Assembly (NCBI RefSeq): GCF_022045235.1
Contig: NW_027266277.1
Coordinates: 9,610,001 to 9,674,000, forward strand
Source: Haliotis cracherodii
Taxonomy: Eukaryota
Length of the DNA stretch: 64,000 nucleotides
Reading direction: 5' to 3'
The notes under the pieces are model-generated. The model was not told the origin of the DNA. It saw nothing but the letters and a program-made list of their open reading frames with translations, and did not search any database. Both the position numbers and the translations under genes were made by a program. Shown one piece after another: positions 1 to 11,830 of the stretch (position 1 is the stretch's first letter; each line of letters opens with the position of its first letter).

Positions 1-313
1 TTCTGCCAGGCATATGTGTGCTATTTGTTATTCTTACTGTACATCTACTTTCTGCCAGGCATCTGTGTGCTATTTGTTATTCTTACTGTACATCTACTTT
101 CCGCCAGGCATCTGTGTGCTATTTGTTATTCTTACTGTACATCTACTTTCTGCCAGGCATATGTGTGCTATTTGTTATTCTTACTGTACATCTACTTTCC
201 GCCAGGCATCTGTGTGCTATTTGTTATTCTTACTGTACATCTACTTTCTGCCAGGCACCTGTGTGCTATTTGTTATTCTTACTGTACATCTACTTTCCGC
301 CAGGCATCTGTGC
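1..313. repeat. 49-bp minisatellite (about 6 copies, truncated by window edge)
   Basis: Unit TTCTGCCAGGCATCTGTGTGCTATTTGTTATTCTTACTGTACATCTACT repeats with a 49-bp period; explains ORFs 14..419. Confidence 0.95.
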
Positions 314-584
314 GCTACTTATTATCTATTACATGCTGTTGTTAATGTCAATCTGCTTATCACGACATATCATGCATTTATGCCTCTCTTCACTTGGTTG
401 TAGTCACTCTAGATGTTAATGGTCTAAGAATCTACATTGAAACGCTGCTATATGCAATAAATAAGATGTTGTTTTCCATAAAGTTGTGCGATTTTGTTAT
501 TCAGGTGTCACACATGAAGTGATGTTTATCACTTTGCTGAAAACCATGGCCACAGGTGTGGTGCTGACAAACCTAGGAACAGAT

Positions 585-2082
585 ACAGAGTGAACCAGGA
601 TTCCAACCCACAGTCATAGGTGTGGTAGGTAGGTCACAGGCGTCACATAAACATATACAGAGTGAACCAGGATTCCAACCCACAGTCACAGGTGTGGTAG
701 GTAGGTCACAGGTGTGGTAGGTAGGTAGGTCACAGGTGTCACATAAACATATACAGAGTGAACCAGGATTCCAACCCACGGTCACAGGTGTGGTAGGTAG
801 GTCACAGGTGTCACATAAACATATACAGAGTGAACCAGGATTCCAACCCACAGTCACAGGTGTGGTAGGTAGGTCACAGGTATCACATAAACATATACAG
901 AGTGAACCAGGATTCCAACCCACGGTCACAGGAGTGGTAGGTAGGTCACAGGTATCACATAAACATATACAGAGTGAACCAGGATTCCAATCCACAGTCA
1001 CAGGTGTGGTAGGTAGGTCACAGGTGGGGTAGGTAGGTCACAGGTGTCACATAAACATATACAGAGTGAACCAGGATTCCAATCCACAGTCACAGGTGTG
1101 GTAGGTAGGTCACAGGTGGGGTAGGTAGGTCACAGGTGTCACATAAACATATACAGAGTGAACCAGGATTCCAACCCACAGTCACTGGTGTGGTAGGTAG
1201 GTCACAGGTGTGGTAGGTAGGTCACAGGTGTCACATAAACATATACAGAGTGAACCAGGATTCCAACCCACAGTCACTGGTGTGGTAGGTAGGTCACAGG
1301 TGTCACATAAACATATACAGAGTGAACCAGGATTCCAACCCACAGTCACAGGTGTGGTAGGTAGGTCACAGGTGTGGTAGGTAGGTCACAGGTGTCACAT
1401 AAACATATACAGAGTGAACCAGGATTCCAACCCACGGTCACAGGTGTGGTAGGTATGTCACAGGTGTCACATAAACATATACAGAGTGAACCAGGATTCC
1501 AATCCACAGTCACAGGTGTGGTAGGTAGGTCACAGGTGGGGTAGGTAGGTCACAGGTGTCACATAAACATATACAGAGTGAACCAGGATTCCAACCCACA
1601 GTCACTGGTGTGGTAGGTAGGTCACAGGTGGGGTAGGTAGGTCACAGGTGTCACATAAACATATACAGAGTGAACCAGGATTCCAACCCACAGTCACTGG
1701 TGTGGTAGGTAGGTCACAGGTGTGGTAGGTAGGTCACAGGTGTCACATAAACATATACAGAGTGAACCAGGATTCCAACCCACAGTCACTGGTGTGGTAG
1801 GTAGGTCACAGGTGTCACATAAACATATACAGAGTGAACCAGGATTCCAACCCACAGTCACAGGTGTGGTAGGTAGGTCACAGGTGTGGTAGGTAGGTCA
1901 CAGGTGTCACATAAACATATACAGAGTGAACCAGGATTCCAACCCACAGTCACTGGTGTGGTAGGTAGGTCACAGGTGTCACATAAACATATACAGAGTG
2001 AACCAGGATTCCAACCCACGGTCACAGGTGTGGTAGGTATGTCACAGGTGTCACATAAACATATACAGAGTGAACCAGGATT
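585..2082. repeat. 72/92-bp composite minisatellite expanded inside a decayed SINE head
   Basis: Unit ACAGAGTGAACCAGGATTCCAACCCACAGTCACAGGTGTGGTAGGTAGGTCACAGGTGTCACATAAACATAT, with an optional extra 20-bp subunit; flank 520-600 matches the SINE at 9686-9911 and 51752-52200. Confidence 0.92.
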
Positions 2083-2375
2083 GCGGCACCCTAATGAACC
2101 ATTGTGGCTATGGAGAATTACCGTGTTGTGATTTATTTGGTTTTTTTTAGTCTGATCACTTGAAGAGACATCAACACAGTTTATCCATTGTGGGAACAGC
2201 ACATTTCATCTGAGGGTTTGGAAACACATGTTTACATATTTACAACAAAACACTGAAGTATCCACTCTGGTTGAAATATAGCATTAAAGATGTGACTTTA
2301 AGCTGTTCACACAAGTTTCTTCGTTACTTGCTGTAAGCTCACTTGACATCTGTACTGACATCGTGGAGTTCTTAC

Positions 2376-2522
2376 CAGCTAATGGCTCCTTCCCCTGGCC
2401 ACAAACAATGCTCCTTAACTGGCAATCTATCCTCCCAAATTGACCTCTGGATTCACTTGGGTGCTCGATGAAGCCAACTGTGCGATTACACTCATATGTT
2501 GTTGCATTGACTGCCACCACTT
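2376..2522 (-). CDS. TNFR-superfamily receptor, coding exon 4 (EVVAVNATTYECNRTVGF...IDCQLRSIVCGQGKEPLA); gene continues left of the window
   Basis: TTTTACTCTTGCAG acceptor, GTAAG donor, 147 bp, phase 1-1, in frame with exon 3; Cys-rich. Confidence 0.8.
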
Positions 2523-2616
2523 CTGCAAGAGTAAAACAAACTGGAATGTTTCCCATTCGGTTGCGGGATTTCTCTGATAGAATGAAGCACCTGGGACCCA
2601 TGGACCTAGAAATAAG

Positions 2617-2946
2617 GTTGGTTGGTTGGTTGGTTTGTTTAATGCCGCACTCAGCAATATTCCAGCTATATGACGGCGGTCTGTAAATAATCGAGTCTGG
2701 ACAACCCAGTGATTAATATCATGAGCATCGATCCACGCAATTGGGATCGATGACATGCATCAACCACGACAGCGTCTGGGTGTGGTGGGTAGGTCACGGG
2801 TGTGGTGGGTAGGTCACGGGTGTGGTGGGCAGGTCACGGGTGTGATGGGTAGATCCTGTTAGTCGCCTTTTACGACAAGCATAGTCACCTTTTACGGCAA
2901 GCATGGGTTGCTGAAGACCTGTTCTACCCCGGAATCTTCACGGGTC
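2617..2946 (-). mobile_element. SINE family 1 copy with 12-bp TSD, interrupted by minisatellite units
   Basis: (GGTT)n tail; TSD CCTAGAAATAAG at 2605-2616 and 2947-2958; similar copies at 12860, 26302, 35990 and 36650. Confidence 0.85.
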
Positions 2947-2964
2947 CCTAGAAATAAGCACTAC

Positions 2965-4540
2965 TTGTGGGTAAGTCACAGGTGTGGTGGGTGGTAGGTA
3001 GATCACAGGTGTGGTGGGTAGGTCACAGGTGTGGTGGGTAGGTCACAGATGTGGTGGGTAGGTCGCAGGTGTGGTGGGTAGGTCACGGGTGTGGTGGGTA
3101 GGTCATATAGGGGTCACCAGGTCACCGCTGTGGTGGGCAGGTCACAGATGTGGTCGGTAGATCACAGATGTGGTGGGCAGGTCACGGGTGTGGTGGGCAG
3201 GTCACGGGTGTGGTGGGTAGATCACAGGTGTGGTGGGTAGGTCACAGATGTGGTGGGCAGGTCACGGGTGTGGTGGGTAGATCACAGGTGTGGTGGGTAG
3301 GTCACAGATGTGGTGGGCAGGTCACGGGTGTGGTGGGTAGATCACGGGTGTGGTGGGTAGGTCACGGGTGTGGTGGGCAGGTCATGGGTGTGGTGGGTAG
3401 GTCACGGGTGTGGTCGGTAGATCACAGGTGTGGTGGGTAGGTCACGGGTGTGGTGGGTAGGTCACGGGTGTGGTGGGTAGGTCACGGGTGTGGTGGGTAG
3501 GTCACGGGTGTGGTAGGTAGGTCACGGGTGTGGTCGGTAGATCACGGGTGTGGTGGGTAGGTCACGGGTGTGGTGGGCAGGTCACAGATGTGGTCGGTAG
3601 ATCACAGATGTGGTGGGTAGATCACGGGTGTGGTGGGTAGGTCACGGGTGTGGTGGGTAGGTCACGGGTGTGGTGGGTAGGTCACAGGTGTGGTGGGTAG
3701 GTCACGGGTGTGGTGGGCAGGTCACGGGTGTGATGGGTAGATCCTGTTAGTCGCCTTTTACGACAAGCATAGTCACCTTTTACGGCAAGCATGGGTTGCT
3801 GAAGACCTGTTCTACCCCGGAAATTTCACGGGTCCCTAGAAATAAGCACTACTTGTGGGTAAGTCACAGGTGTGGTGGGTGGTAGGTAGATCACAGGTGT
3901 GGTGGGTAGGTCACAGGTGTGGTGGGTAGGTCACAGATGTGGTGGGTAGGTCGCAGGTGTGGTGGGTAGGTCGCAGGTGTGGTGGGTAGGTCACGGGTGT
4001 GGTGGGGAGGTCACGGGTGTGGTGGGTAGGTCACGGGTGTGGTGGGTAGGTCACGGGTGTGATGGGTAGGTCACGGGTGTGGTGGGCAGGTCACGGGTGT
4101 GGTGGGCAGGTCACGGGTGTGGTGGGTAGGTCATGGGTGTGATGGGTAGGTCACGGGTGTGGTGGGTGATGGGTAGGTCACGGGTGTGGTGGGTAGATCA
4201 CAGGTGTGGTGGGTAGATCACGGGTGTGGTGGGTAGATCACAGGTGTGGTGGGTAGGTCACGGGTGTGGTGGGTAGGTCACGGGTGTGGTGGGTAGGTCA
4301 CGGGTGTGGTGGGTAGATCACGGGTGTGGTGGGCAGGTCACGGGTGTGATGGGTAGGTCACGGGTGTGGTGGGTAGGTCACGGGTGTGGTGGGTAGATCA
4401 CGGGTGTGGTGGGTAGATCACAGGTGTGGTGGGTAGGTCACGGGTGTGGTGGGTAGGTCACGGGTGTGGTGGGTAGGTCACGGGTGTGGTGGGCAGGTCA
4501 CAGATGTGGTGGGCAGGTCACAGGTGTCACCAGGTCACAG
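2965..4540. repeat. 20-bp G-rich minisatellite GTCACGGGTGTGGTGGGTAG
   Basis: Direct tandem periodicity; contains a second copy of the SINE head plus flank at about 3740-3890. Confidence 0.95.
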
Positions 4541-4801
4541 TACTAAAATCTACATGCACAACTATGGTGGCTAACCAAGGATCAATCTCATGTGAATTCC
4601 TTTTCAAATTAACAACAGACATTGGTTAAAATCCCATACAAATATCACAAACTCTAAAAAGTACTTTCCGTCTTATCAGAGCTTTGTCTTCACATTATAT
4701 GTTATAAGTTTATTCAATTGCAGAGAAAAGCAGAGTTGCTAGAGAACTTGAACACAAGTATTTGAAGCCAAATTAGATTGGCTACAGGCCACACAGCCTA
4801 C

Positions 4802-4945
4802 CATCCTGAGCCGGCATATCGTTGGGTTCTTGATAGCATCTCCTGGGATTGAACGATGAAGATCCATATGCCAAGGTATAGTCTTGTGGACAAGCTTCAC
4901 AGATGTCCTTGCTGTTGTCCTCAACGCAAGGCTTCACATACGTAT
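4802..4945 (-). CDS. TNFR-superfamily receptor, coding exon 3 (DTYVKPCVEDNSKDICEACPQDYTLAYGSSSFNPRRCYQEPNDMPAQD)
   Basis: TCTCTGTTTCCAG acceptor, GTAGG donor, 144 bp, phase 1-1; the TYV-x-PC-x7-C-x2-CP spacing is typical of a TNFR cysteine-rich domain. Not in the ORF track. Confidence 0.85.
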
Positions 4946-5294
4946 CTGGAAACAGAGACAATATTTGTAGACATCAGGAATAACATGGAAGGAGATCTTC
5001 GAGCCAAGAGACATCTTATTGGAGCAACAGATTTGATTTTGAAGAGAATAATCTGTACATGCAGAAGTAGGTGATTACAGAGTTTATGAACCTCCAGTGA
5101 TGTCATCCTATTGTTCTCTAATCAGGTTAAATCTCATTAACAGGGATGTTATATAATATCCCAGGTATTTTATACTTTTGTCACAGGAATTTAACATGTG
5201 AGTGTTCCACACTTGAAGTTTATTTGCATTTGAACACAATGTAAACATGGAAATGTATGAAATAATGAAAAACCAACTGACAAATGTTTTCTGT

Positions 5295-5583
5295 ATACAT
5301 TATACCCTGTAGCTCGGCAGAAGTAGGTCTTTACACATTATCATACCCTGTAGCTCTGCAGAAGTAGGTCTTTATACATTATTACATCCTGCAGCTCTGC
5401 AGAAGTAGGGCTTTACACATTATTATACCCTGTAGCTCTGCAGAAGTAGGTCTTTACACATTATTACATCCTGTAGCTCTGCAGAAGTAGGCCTTTACAC
5501 ATCATTATACCCTATCGCTCAGCAGAAGCAGGTCTTTACACATTATCATATCCTGTAGCTTTGCAGAAGCAGGTCTTTACACA
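5295..5583. repeat. 41-42-bp minisatellite (about 7 copies)
   Basis: Unit CCCTGTAGCTCTGCAGAAGTAGGTCTTTACACATTATTATA. Confidence 0.9.
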
Positions 5584-6063
5584 GTTTCCATTGTAAATGT
5601 TGCAGGTTTTATTCAGTATGACACAAACTTGATGGGGGATTGTGTTTTGTTTGTAATTTGTGTGGCTATTTCTATTTAAAGGTTGTGCATATTGCAAAGT
5701 TTGGATGCTCTCTTTTGTTATTCATTGACAGGCCTGAGAAAGATACTCCTCTTGTGAGAAACAATGACAGCGGAGGACTGGTGAGGGGATAGTTACCACA
5801 CTACTTGTGCCCTACTCAAGCCTGGAGCTCAGCCAGGAACCCTTTTTTCTTCAGAAGTGGAGGACAAAAGAAGAGTCAGAGAAATTCAACTTAGATGTCA
5901 AACAGCTTTCAATCCAGCCACCTGGGACAGGGAGAGCCACACAAGCCAGCAAAGCAAGACTTGTTCCAAGGACCTTCACAACAATATGTTTCTGTAACCC
6001 AACTAGACCTAGTTGTAGGCTATAGGAGGATGGGATCTAACCCGTAACAAAATATTGGATGGT

Positions 6064-6180
6064 AAGACTTCTGCCTGTATCCCCCCCCCCCCTCCCTCAA
6101 AAATATATATAACTAAAAGGATTGAGCACCAATGCTTACATATGTAACTTTTTTATAGGGGGGATACGGGCGGAAGTCTT
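6064..6180. mobile_element. Short inverted-repeat element (MITE-like remnant)
   Basis: AAGACTTCTGCCTGTATCCCCC ... GGGGGATACGGGCGGAAGTCTT imperfect inverted repeat. Confidence 0.5.
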
Positions 6181-6284
6181 TCCATAGGAAGTGGTGAAAC
6201 AGTATCTCAAAGTCTTGATGAACAAGATGTCCATTGTATCTACAAGCGGTATTATCAGCATGATGAAGTATTATTGTCCTTTGC

Positions 6285-6435
6285 TAATAATAATAATAAG
6301 TGCATTTATAATGTGCCAGATTCCATTCACTAAGTGAATGCTCATAGCGCTACACTATTATTACCCCGGTCAATGGATCAGTGAGCACTCGATTTTCATT
6401 CTCATCTCCCTGGGCAGTATACAACCCAAGCTGCT
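6285..6435 (-). mobile_element. SINE 3' fragment with (AAT)n tail, Deu/Nin-domain-like
   Basis: Similar to 55675-55870; contains CTCCCTGGGxAGTATxCAACxCAAGCTGC, which resembles the Deu/Nin core as recalled from memory. Confidence 0.55.
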
Positions 6436-6953
6436 GTCATCAGAAAATTTCATAGATATGTCAGTCTCAACACATTTGTCACATATCTAAAAATCACAAA
6501 TGCCATGGTTGGGTTCTCCCACCATCCAATGCTTGCTACCCCAGTGGTAAAATAGATTTGTCAGACACCTCATGAGAATATAAGACATAAATATGAATAA
6601 AAATACTTTCATTGTATTTCATAGGCTTTAATAGCCACAAAGAAATACAGGTGTAATGTATTACAACATCATGTTACATCATTTGGCACTTTGGAACCGA
6701 TTATTAGAGTCAACCCAAATTCTGTACTTGTCTTATGATCAATTTCCACTGAACACATAATTTCGGCTCATTCTACAGAAGACGGCAGAATAGTCTCTTG
6801 TTTTAATGAAAAGAATTTTTATTACTATTACATTATAATTCATGACTAAATGTATATATACAGATACAAATGTCCATTATCTTTATTTTGTTATCTCTTC
6901 TAATATGTCTATGTTATCTGAAATATGATCTTCATCAAGATATAACAGTGACA

Positions 6954-9682
6954 TCAGGGTTGTGTACCAAACACTGTCTTTGCAGTTGCTGTTAGGTATA
7001 CTGTTGGGTAAGCTGTTGGGTAAGCTGTTGGGTGAGCTGTTGGGTAAGCTGTTGGGTATACTGTTGGGTGAGCTGTTGGGTCAGCTGTTGGGTATACTGT
7101 TGGGTAAGCTGTTGGGTAAGCTGTTGGGTATACTGTTGGGTATACTGTTGGGTATACTGTTGGGTAAGCTGTTGGGTAAGCTGTTGGGTGAGCTGTTGGG
7201 TAAGCTGTTGGGTATACTGTTGGGTGAGCTGTTGGGTGAGCTATTGGGTATAATGTTGGGTAAGCTGTTGGGTATACTGTTGGGTAAGCTGTTGGGTATA
7301 CTGTTGTGTAAGCTGTTGGGTAAGCTGTTGGGTATACTGTTGGGTATACTGTTGGGTATACTGTTGGGTAAGCTGTTGGGTAAGCTGTTGGGTGAGCTGT
7401 TGGGTAAGCTGTTGGGTATACTGTTGGGTGAGCTGTTGGGTGAGCTATTGGGTATAATGTTGGGTAAGCTGTTGAGTAAGCTGTTGGGTAAGCTGTTGGG
7501 TATACTGTTGGGTAAGCTGTTGGGTGAACTGTTGGGTGAACTGTTGGGTAAGCTGTTGGGTATACTGTTGGGTGAGCTGTTGGGTAAGCTGTTGGGTATA
7601 CTGTTGGGTAAGCTGTTGGGTAAGCTGTTGGGTGAGCTGTTGGGTAAGCTGTTGGGTATACTGTTGGGTGAGCTGTTGGGTGAGCTATTGGGTATAATGT
7701 TGGGTAAGCTGTTGAGTAAGCTGTTGGGTAAGCTGTTGGGTATACTGTTGGGTAAGCTGTTGGGTGAACTGTTGGGTGAACTGTTGGGTGAGCTGTTGGG
7801 TATACTGTTGGGTGAGCTGTTGGGTAAGCTGTTGGGTATACTGTTGGGTGAGCTGTTGGGTAAGCTGTTGGGTAGGCTGTTGGGTAAGCTGTTGGGTATA
7901 CTGTTGGGTAAGCTGTTGGGTAAGCTGTTGGGTATACTGTTGGGTAAGCTGTTGGGTGAACTGTTGGGTGAGCTGTTGGGTAAGCTGTTGGGTATACTGT
8001 TGGGTAAGCTGTTGGGTAAGCTGTTGGGTGAGCTGTTGGGTAAGCTGTTGGGTGAGCTGTTGGGTATACTGTTGGGTGAGCTGTTCGGTCAGCTGTTGTG
8101 TAAGCTGTTGGGTAAGCTGTTTGGTAAACTGTTGGGTAAGCTGTTGGGTGAACTGTTGGGTAAGCTGTTGGGTGAGCTGTTGGGTGAGCTATTGGGTATA
8201 ATGTTGTGTAAGCTGTTAAGTAAGCTGTTGGGTAAGCTGTTGGGTGAACTGTTGGGTGAACTGTTGGGAAAACTGTTGGGTAAGCTGTTGGGTGAGCTGT
8301 TGGGTAAGCTGTTGGGTATACTGTTGGGTGAGCTGTTGGGTAAGCTGTTGGGTGAGCTGTTGGGTAAGCTGTTGGGTATACTGTTGGATGAGCTGTTGGG
8401 TATACTGTTGGGTATACTGTTGGGTATGCTGTTGGGTAAGCTGTTGGGTATACTGTTGGGTAAGCTGTTGGGTAAGCTGTTGGGTGAGCTGTTTGGTATA
8501 CTGTTGGGTAAGCTGTTGGGTATGCTGTTGGGTAAGCTGTTGGGTGAGCTGTTGGGTAAGCTGTTGGGTATACTATTGGGTAAGCTGTTGGGTATACTGT
8601 TGGGTAAGCTGTTGGGTAAGCTGTTGGGTGAGCTTTTGGGTAAGCTGTTTGGTATACTGTTGGGTAAGCTGTTGGGTATACTGTTGGGTAAGCTGTTTGG
8701 TATACTGTTGGGTAAGCTGTTGGGTATGCTGTTGGGTAAGCTGTTGGGTGAGCTGTTGGGTAAGCTGTTGGGTATACTATTGGGTAAGCTGTTGGGTATA
8801 CTGTTGTGTAAGCTGCTGTGTAAGCTGTTGGGTATACTGTTGGGTATACTGTTGTGTAAGCTGTTGGGTATACTGTTGGGTATACTGTTGTGTAAGCTGT
8901 TGAGTGAGCTGTTCGGTGAGCTGTTGTGTAAGCTGTTGTGTAAGCTGTTGTGTAAGCTGTTGGGTATACTGTTGGGTAAGCTGTTGGGTAAGCTGTTGGG
9001 TATACTGTTGGGTATACCGTTGTGTAAGCTGTTGGGTAAGCTGTTGGGTATGCTGTTGGGTAAGCTGTTGGGTATACTGTTGGGTATACTGTTGTGTAAG
9101 CTGTTGTGTAAGCTGTTGGGTATACTGTTGTGTAAGCTGTTGGGTATACTGTTGGGTATACTGTTGTGTAAGCTGTTGGGTATACTGTTGGGTATACTGT
9201 TGTGTAAGCTGTTGTGTAAGCTGTTGGGTATACTGTTGGGTATACTGTTGTGTAAGCTGTTGAGTGAGCTGTTCGGTGAGCTGTTGTGTAAGCTGTTGTG
9301 TAAGCTGTTGTGTAAGCTGTTGAGTATACTGTTGTGTAAGCTGTTGTGTAAGCTGTTGGGTATACTGTTGGGTAAGCTGTTGGGTAAGTTGTTGGGTATA
9401 CTGTTGTGTAAGCTGTTGTGTAAGCTGTTGGGTATACTGTTGGGTATACTGTTGTGTAAGCTGTTGGGTATACTGTTGTGTAAGCTGTTGTGTAAGCTGT
9501 TGGGTATACTGTTGGGTATACTGTTGGGTAAGCTGTTGGGTAAGCTGTTGGGTAAGCTGTTGGGTAAGCTGTTGAGTGAGCTGTTGGGTATACTGTTGTG
9601 TAAGCTGTTGAGTAAGCTGTTGGGTAAGCTGTTGGGTATGTTACTGTTTCTTCCATGAATGCCAGATATCCACCAGGATGAT
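6954..9682 (-). CDS. Candidate exon 2 of a nested secreted P-T-[A/V]-[Y/H] repeat protein (923 aa with the 10073-10115 exon)
   Basis: CAG acceptor at 9685-9683 is phase 1 and in frame with the 900-aa ORF; about 220 12-bp units with no frameshift or stop; non-repetitive N- and C-termini; AATAAA at 6887-6882 after the stop. Confidence 0.45.
6990..9640. repeat. 12-bp tandem array CTGTTGGGT(AAG/ATA/GAG), about 220 units, with higher-order blocks
   Basis: Direct periodicity; unit length is invariant across the array. Confidence 0.97.
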
Positions 9683-9685
9683 CTG

Positions 9686-9911
9686 AGTGAATGAGTTGGG
9701 ATTAACGCGGCTTAGAACAGTATTCCAGTTATATCGCGACATGTCAACTTCATGTGGGAGGAAAGCCCGAAGTGATGCAGGTCTCAGACATTTACCACTA
9801 AGATGAAACCCACAAACACGGGTATTGTGCTGATAAACCTAGAAACAATAACTGGGGCGAACAGGGATTCAAATGCACGATCATAGGTTTCTGGCGTGCC
9901 CAAGGGATGTT
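9686..9911 (-). mobile_element. SINE family 4 (5'-truncated) with TSD GATGATCTG
   Basis: Matches 51752-52200 and 61380-61570; TSD at 9677-9685 and 9912-9920. Confidence 0.8.
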
Positions 9912-10072
9912 GATGATCTGTATGATATGTCATGGGTCCTGCTGTAATGTGCAGTACTTCCTGTGCTAGCTTCAACTGTAATACAGGCTTATAAGAAATG
10001 TTTGTTTCCTGCACCCTTGTGACCAGGAAATCATCACTAACTAATGTCTAAAACATTGGCACTGTAGCTCAC

Positions 10073-10115
10073 CTGCACACATAATCAACAGCATAACAAA
10101 TATGCATAAGAGCAT
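10073..10115 (-). CDS. Signal-peptide-like first coding exon MLLCIFVMLLIMCA (phase 1)
   Basis: AACCATG start, 14 hydrophobic codons, strong CAG/GTGAGC donor; in phase with acceptors at 9682 and 4945. Confidence 0.45.
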
Positions 10116-10160
10116 GGTTAAAGTGAAGTCAAAACTTAAAACTTCATAAAATTTGAAACA

Positions 10161-11830
10161 CAAATGTTCAGCTTCACTACTAACTACAGTCGTGCCTCGT
10201 TTACACGGACACTTGCGTCATTTCACAATTTGTCCGTATAAACGAATTTCCGTATAACTGAAACCAGCTTCTTACTGGAAGAGTTACTTCCCTTCAATTA
10301 TGGAACTCATGACAGATGACAGAACAATCAGATACATCCACTCAATCTTTATTCATACACGTTTCAAAAAGTCTGTCATGGAAGTTTGAACTTTACCACA
10401 TTTTGAGGTTTGAATTTTAATCAATAATGTGTCACTTGGTTAATTGACTTCTCACGAATCAAAGGATTACCACCAGCGGAAGTGTATTGTCCGTATAAGT
10501 GAGACAATTTTGTGTGCATTTTAGTGTTTTGTGTATGAAAATGACCGATCGGTTCCGGAAACTGAATTTCCGTATATACGGTAAATTTATATAGTAATTA
10601 TTTCGTTTTGAATGAAAATCGTCCGGGAACAGAGGTTTCCGGATATCTGAAGTCCGTATAAGCGGGGCACGTCTGTACAAATGTTCAGCTTCACTACTAC
10701 CTACAAATGTTCAGCTTCACTACTAACTACAAATGTTCACCTTCACTACTGACTACAAATGTTCAGCTTCACTACTAACTACAAATGTTCAGCTTCACTA
10801 CTAACTACAAATGTTCAGCTTCACTACAGACTACAAATGTTCAGCTTCACTACTAACTACAAATGTTCACCTTCACTGCTAACTACAAATGTTCACCTTC
10901 ACTACTAACTACAAATGTTCACCTTCACTACTGACTACAAATGTTCACCTTCTCTACTAACTAAAACTGTTCTCCTTCACTACTGACTAAAAATGTTCAC
11001 CTTCACTACTGACTACAAATGTTCACCTTCACTACTGACTACAAATGTTCACCTTCACTACTAACTACAAATGTTCAGCTTCACTACTAACTACAAATGT
11101 TCACCTTCACTACTAACTACAAATGTTCACCTTCACTACTAACTACAAATGTTCACCTTCACTACTGACTACAAATGTTCAGCTTCACTACTAACTAAAA
11201 CTGTTCTCCTTCACTACTGACTAAAAATGTTCACCTTCACTACTGACTACAAATGTTCACCTTCACTACTGACTACAAATGTTCACCTTCAATACTAACT
11301 ACAAATGTTCAGCTTCACTACTAACTACAAATGTTCACCTTCACTACTAACTACAAATGTTCACCTTCACTACTAACTACAAATGTTCACCTTCACTACT
11401 GACTACAAATGTTCACCTTCACTACTAACTACAAATGTTCACCTTCACTACTAACTACAAATGTTCAGCTTCACTACTGACTACAAATGTTCAGCTTCAC
11501 TACTAACTACAAATGTTCAGCTTCACTACTGACTACAAATGTTCACCTTCACTACTAACTACAAATGTTCAGCTTCACTACTAACTACAAATGTTCAGCT
11601 TCACTACTAACTACAAATGTTCACCTTCACTACTAACTACAAATGTTCAGCTTCACTACTAACTACAAATGTTCACCTTCACTACTAACTACAAATGTTC
11701 ACCTTCACTACTAACTACAAATGTTCACCTTCACTACTAACTACAAATGTTCACCTTCACTACTACCTACAAATGTTCAGCTTCACTACTAACTACAAAT
11801 GTTCACCTTCACTACTAACTACAAATGTTC
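10161..11830. repeat. 26-bp minisatellite CAAATGTTCACCTTCACTACTAACTA, interrupted after unit 1 by a MITE
   Basis: Direct periodicity. Confidence 0.95.
10187..10675. mobile_element. Tc1/mariner-pogo-type MITE
   Basis: TA|CAGTCGTGCCTCGTTTACACGGAC ... GTCCGTATAAGCGGGGCACGTCTG|TA: imperfect TIRs and TA duplication. Confidence 0.85.

Noticed and set aside
585-2082. Regular repeats resembling a CRISPR array (also 22413-26100 and 38491-38872)
   Set aside because: No unique spacers, no cas genes, eukaryotic spliced context; these are minisatellites.
2605-2616. TTATTTCTAG as TNFR exon acceptor (ORF 2284..2601)
   Set aside because: Wrong phase relative to exon 3, and it is a SINE TSD; the acceptor at 2523 fits.
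5731-6025. Plus-strand exon-like segments with good AG/GT
   Set aside because: No recognisable protein and no partner exons.
6962-9658. 898-aa plus-strand (LLGK)n ORF and (VSCW)n ORFs
   Set aside because: Antisense or alternate-frame readings of the 12-bp array, with no start context or splice support.
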